From: an uncultured Chloroflexia bacterium
GTDB taxonomy: Bacteria > Chloroflexota > Dehalococcoidia > GIF9 > UBA5629
Assembly: GCA_963848815.1 (NCBI GenBank)
Contig: CAWKFY010000017.1
Span: 13,852-77,851, forward strand
DNA: 64,000 bases
Direction: 5' to 3'
In this document: positions 63,729 to 64,000 of the stretch, in pieces
Layout: every line of letters begins with the position of its first letter
Position numbering within the stretch: the stretch's first letter is position 1
Program-made: the position numbers and the translations under genes
Notes under the pieces: generated by a model
What the model was told of the DNA's origin: nothing
Seen by the model: the letters and a program-made list of their open reading frames with translations, nothing else
The model's database searches: none

Positions 63729-64000
63729 ATGTTCAGGGGTCTTCGGCATCGCGCAAGGATAATCGCTCTGCAGGCACTCTTTGAGTTGGAATTCGCCGCC
63801 AATAGCCCCGATAACATATTGCAGCGTACCATCGAAGAACAGGATATGAAAGGGGAGGCAGCTGAATTTTCCTCCCAGCTTTTACACGGTGTAATCGATA
63901 ATAAACAGTTGCTGGACAGCACTATAGCCCACTTTGCACCAACATTTCCTGTGGACCAGTTGGCGCCCATGGACCGCAATATCCTGCGCCTGGCGCTCTT
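63729..64000 (+). CDS. nusB: Transcription antitermination factor NusB, partial (runs off window)
   Basis: Hand translation: MFRGLRHRARIIALQALFELEF...IAHFAPTFPVDQLAPMDRNILRLAL. Confidence 0.9.
   Translation, partial: MFRGLRHRARIIALQALFELEFAANSPDNILQRTIEEQDMKGEAAEFSSQLLHGVIDNKQLLDSTIAHFAPTFPVDQLAPMDRNILRLAL

Overview
A 64 kb chromosomal window from an anaerobe that most resembles Dehalococcoidia (Chloroflexota); this assignment is inferred from gene order and protein style. The housekeeping blocks are gatB-secG-DUF62; clpC-radA-ispD-ispF-cysS; rpoB-rpoC-ruvB; lysA-holB-ricT; rplI-dnaB-dnaD-like-tandem ATPase-HNH; and yceD-rpmF-fabD-nusB. Accessory regions lie between them: a Tm-1/TIM-barrel/DUF362/GMC operon, a MarR/DHA2 efflux cluster with two different adaptor proteins, a CoA-dependent beta-oxidation cassette, and a decaying island with a bacterial ERG2/sigma-1-receptor homologue, an SDR, CoA-transferase and OYE remnants, a lactonase and two surface proteins. 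The most striking structure is two integrase-free cassettes (20577-26398 and 36215-44517). Each sits directly downstream of a housekeeping gene (cysS, ruvB) and ends at a displaced, diverged second copy of that gene's 3' end, only 2-4 nt from the last cargo gene's stop codon. The window also holds a stand-alone 5S rRNA unit with its own promoter and terminator, an ISLre2-family element (9-bp target duplication) inserted just upstream of that promoter, an orphan PD-(D/E)xK-like nuclease gene, and a palindromic operator repeated at three promoters. At least 12 small frameshifts, several in essential genes, look like assembly indels. No CRISPR array or complete tRNA was seen.
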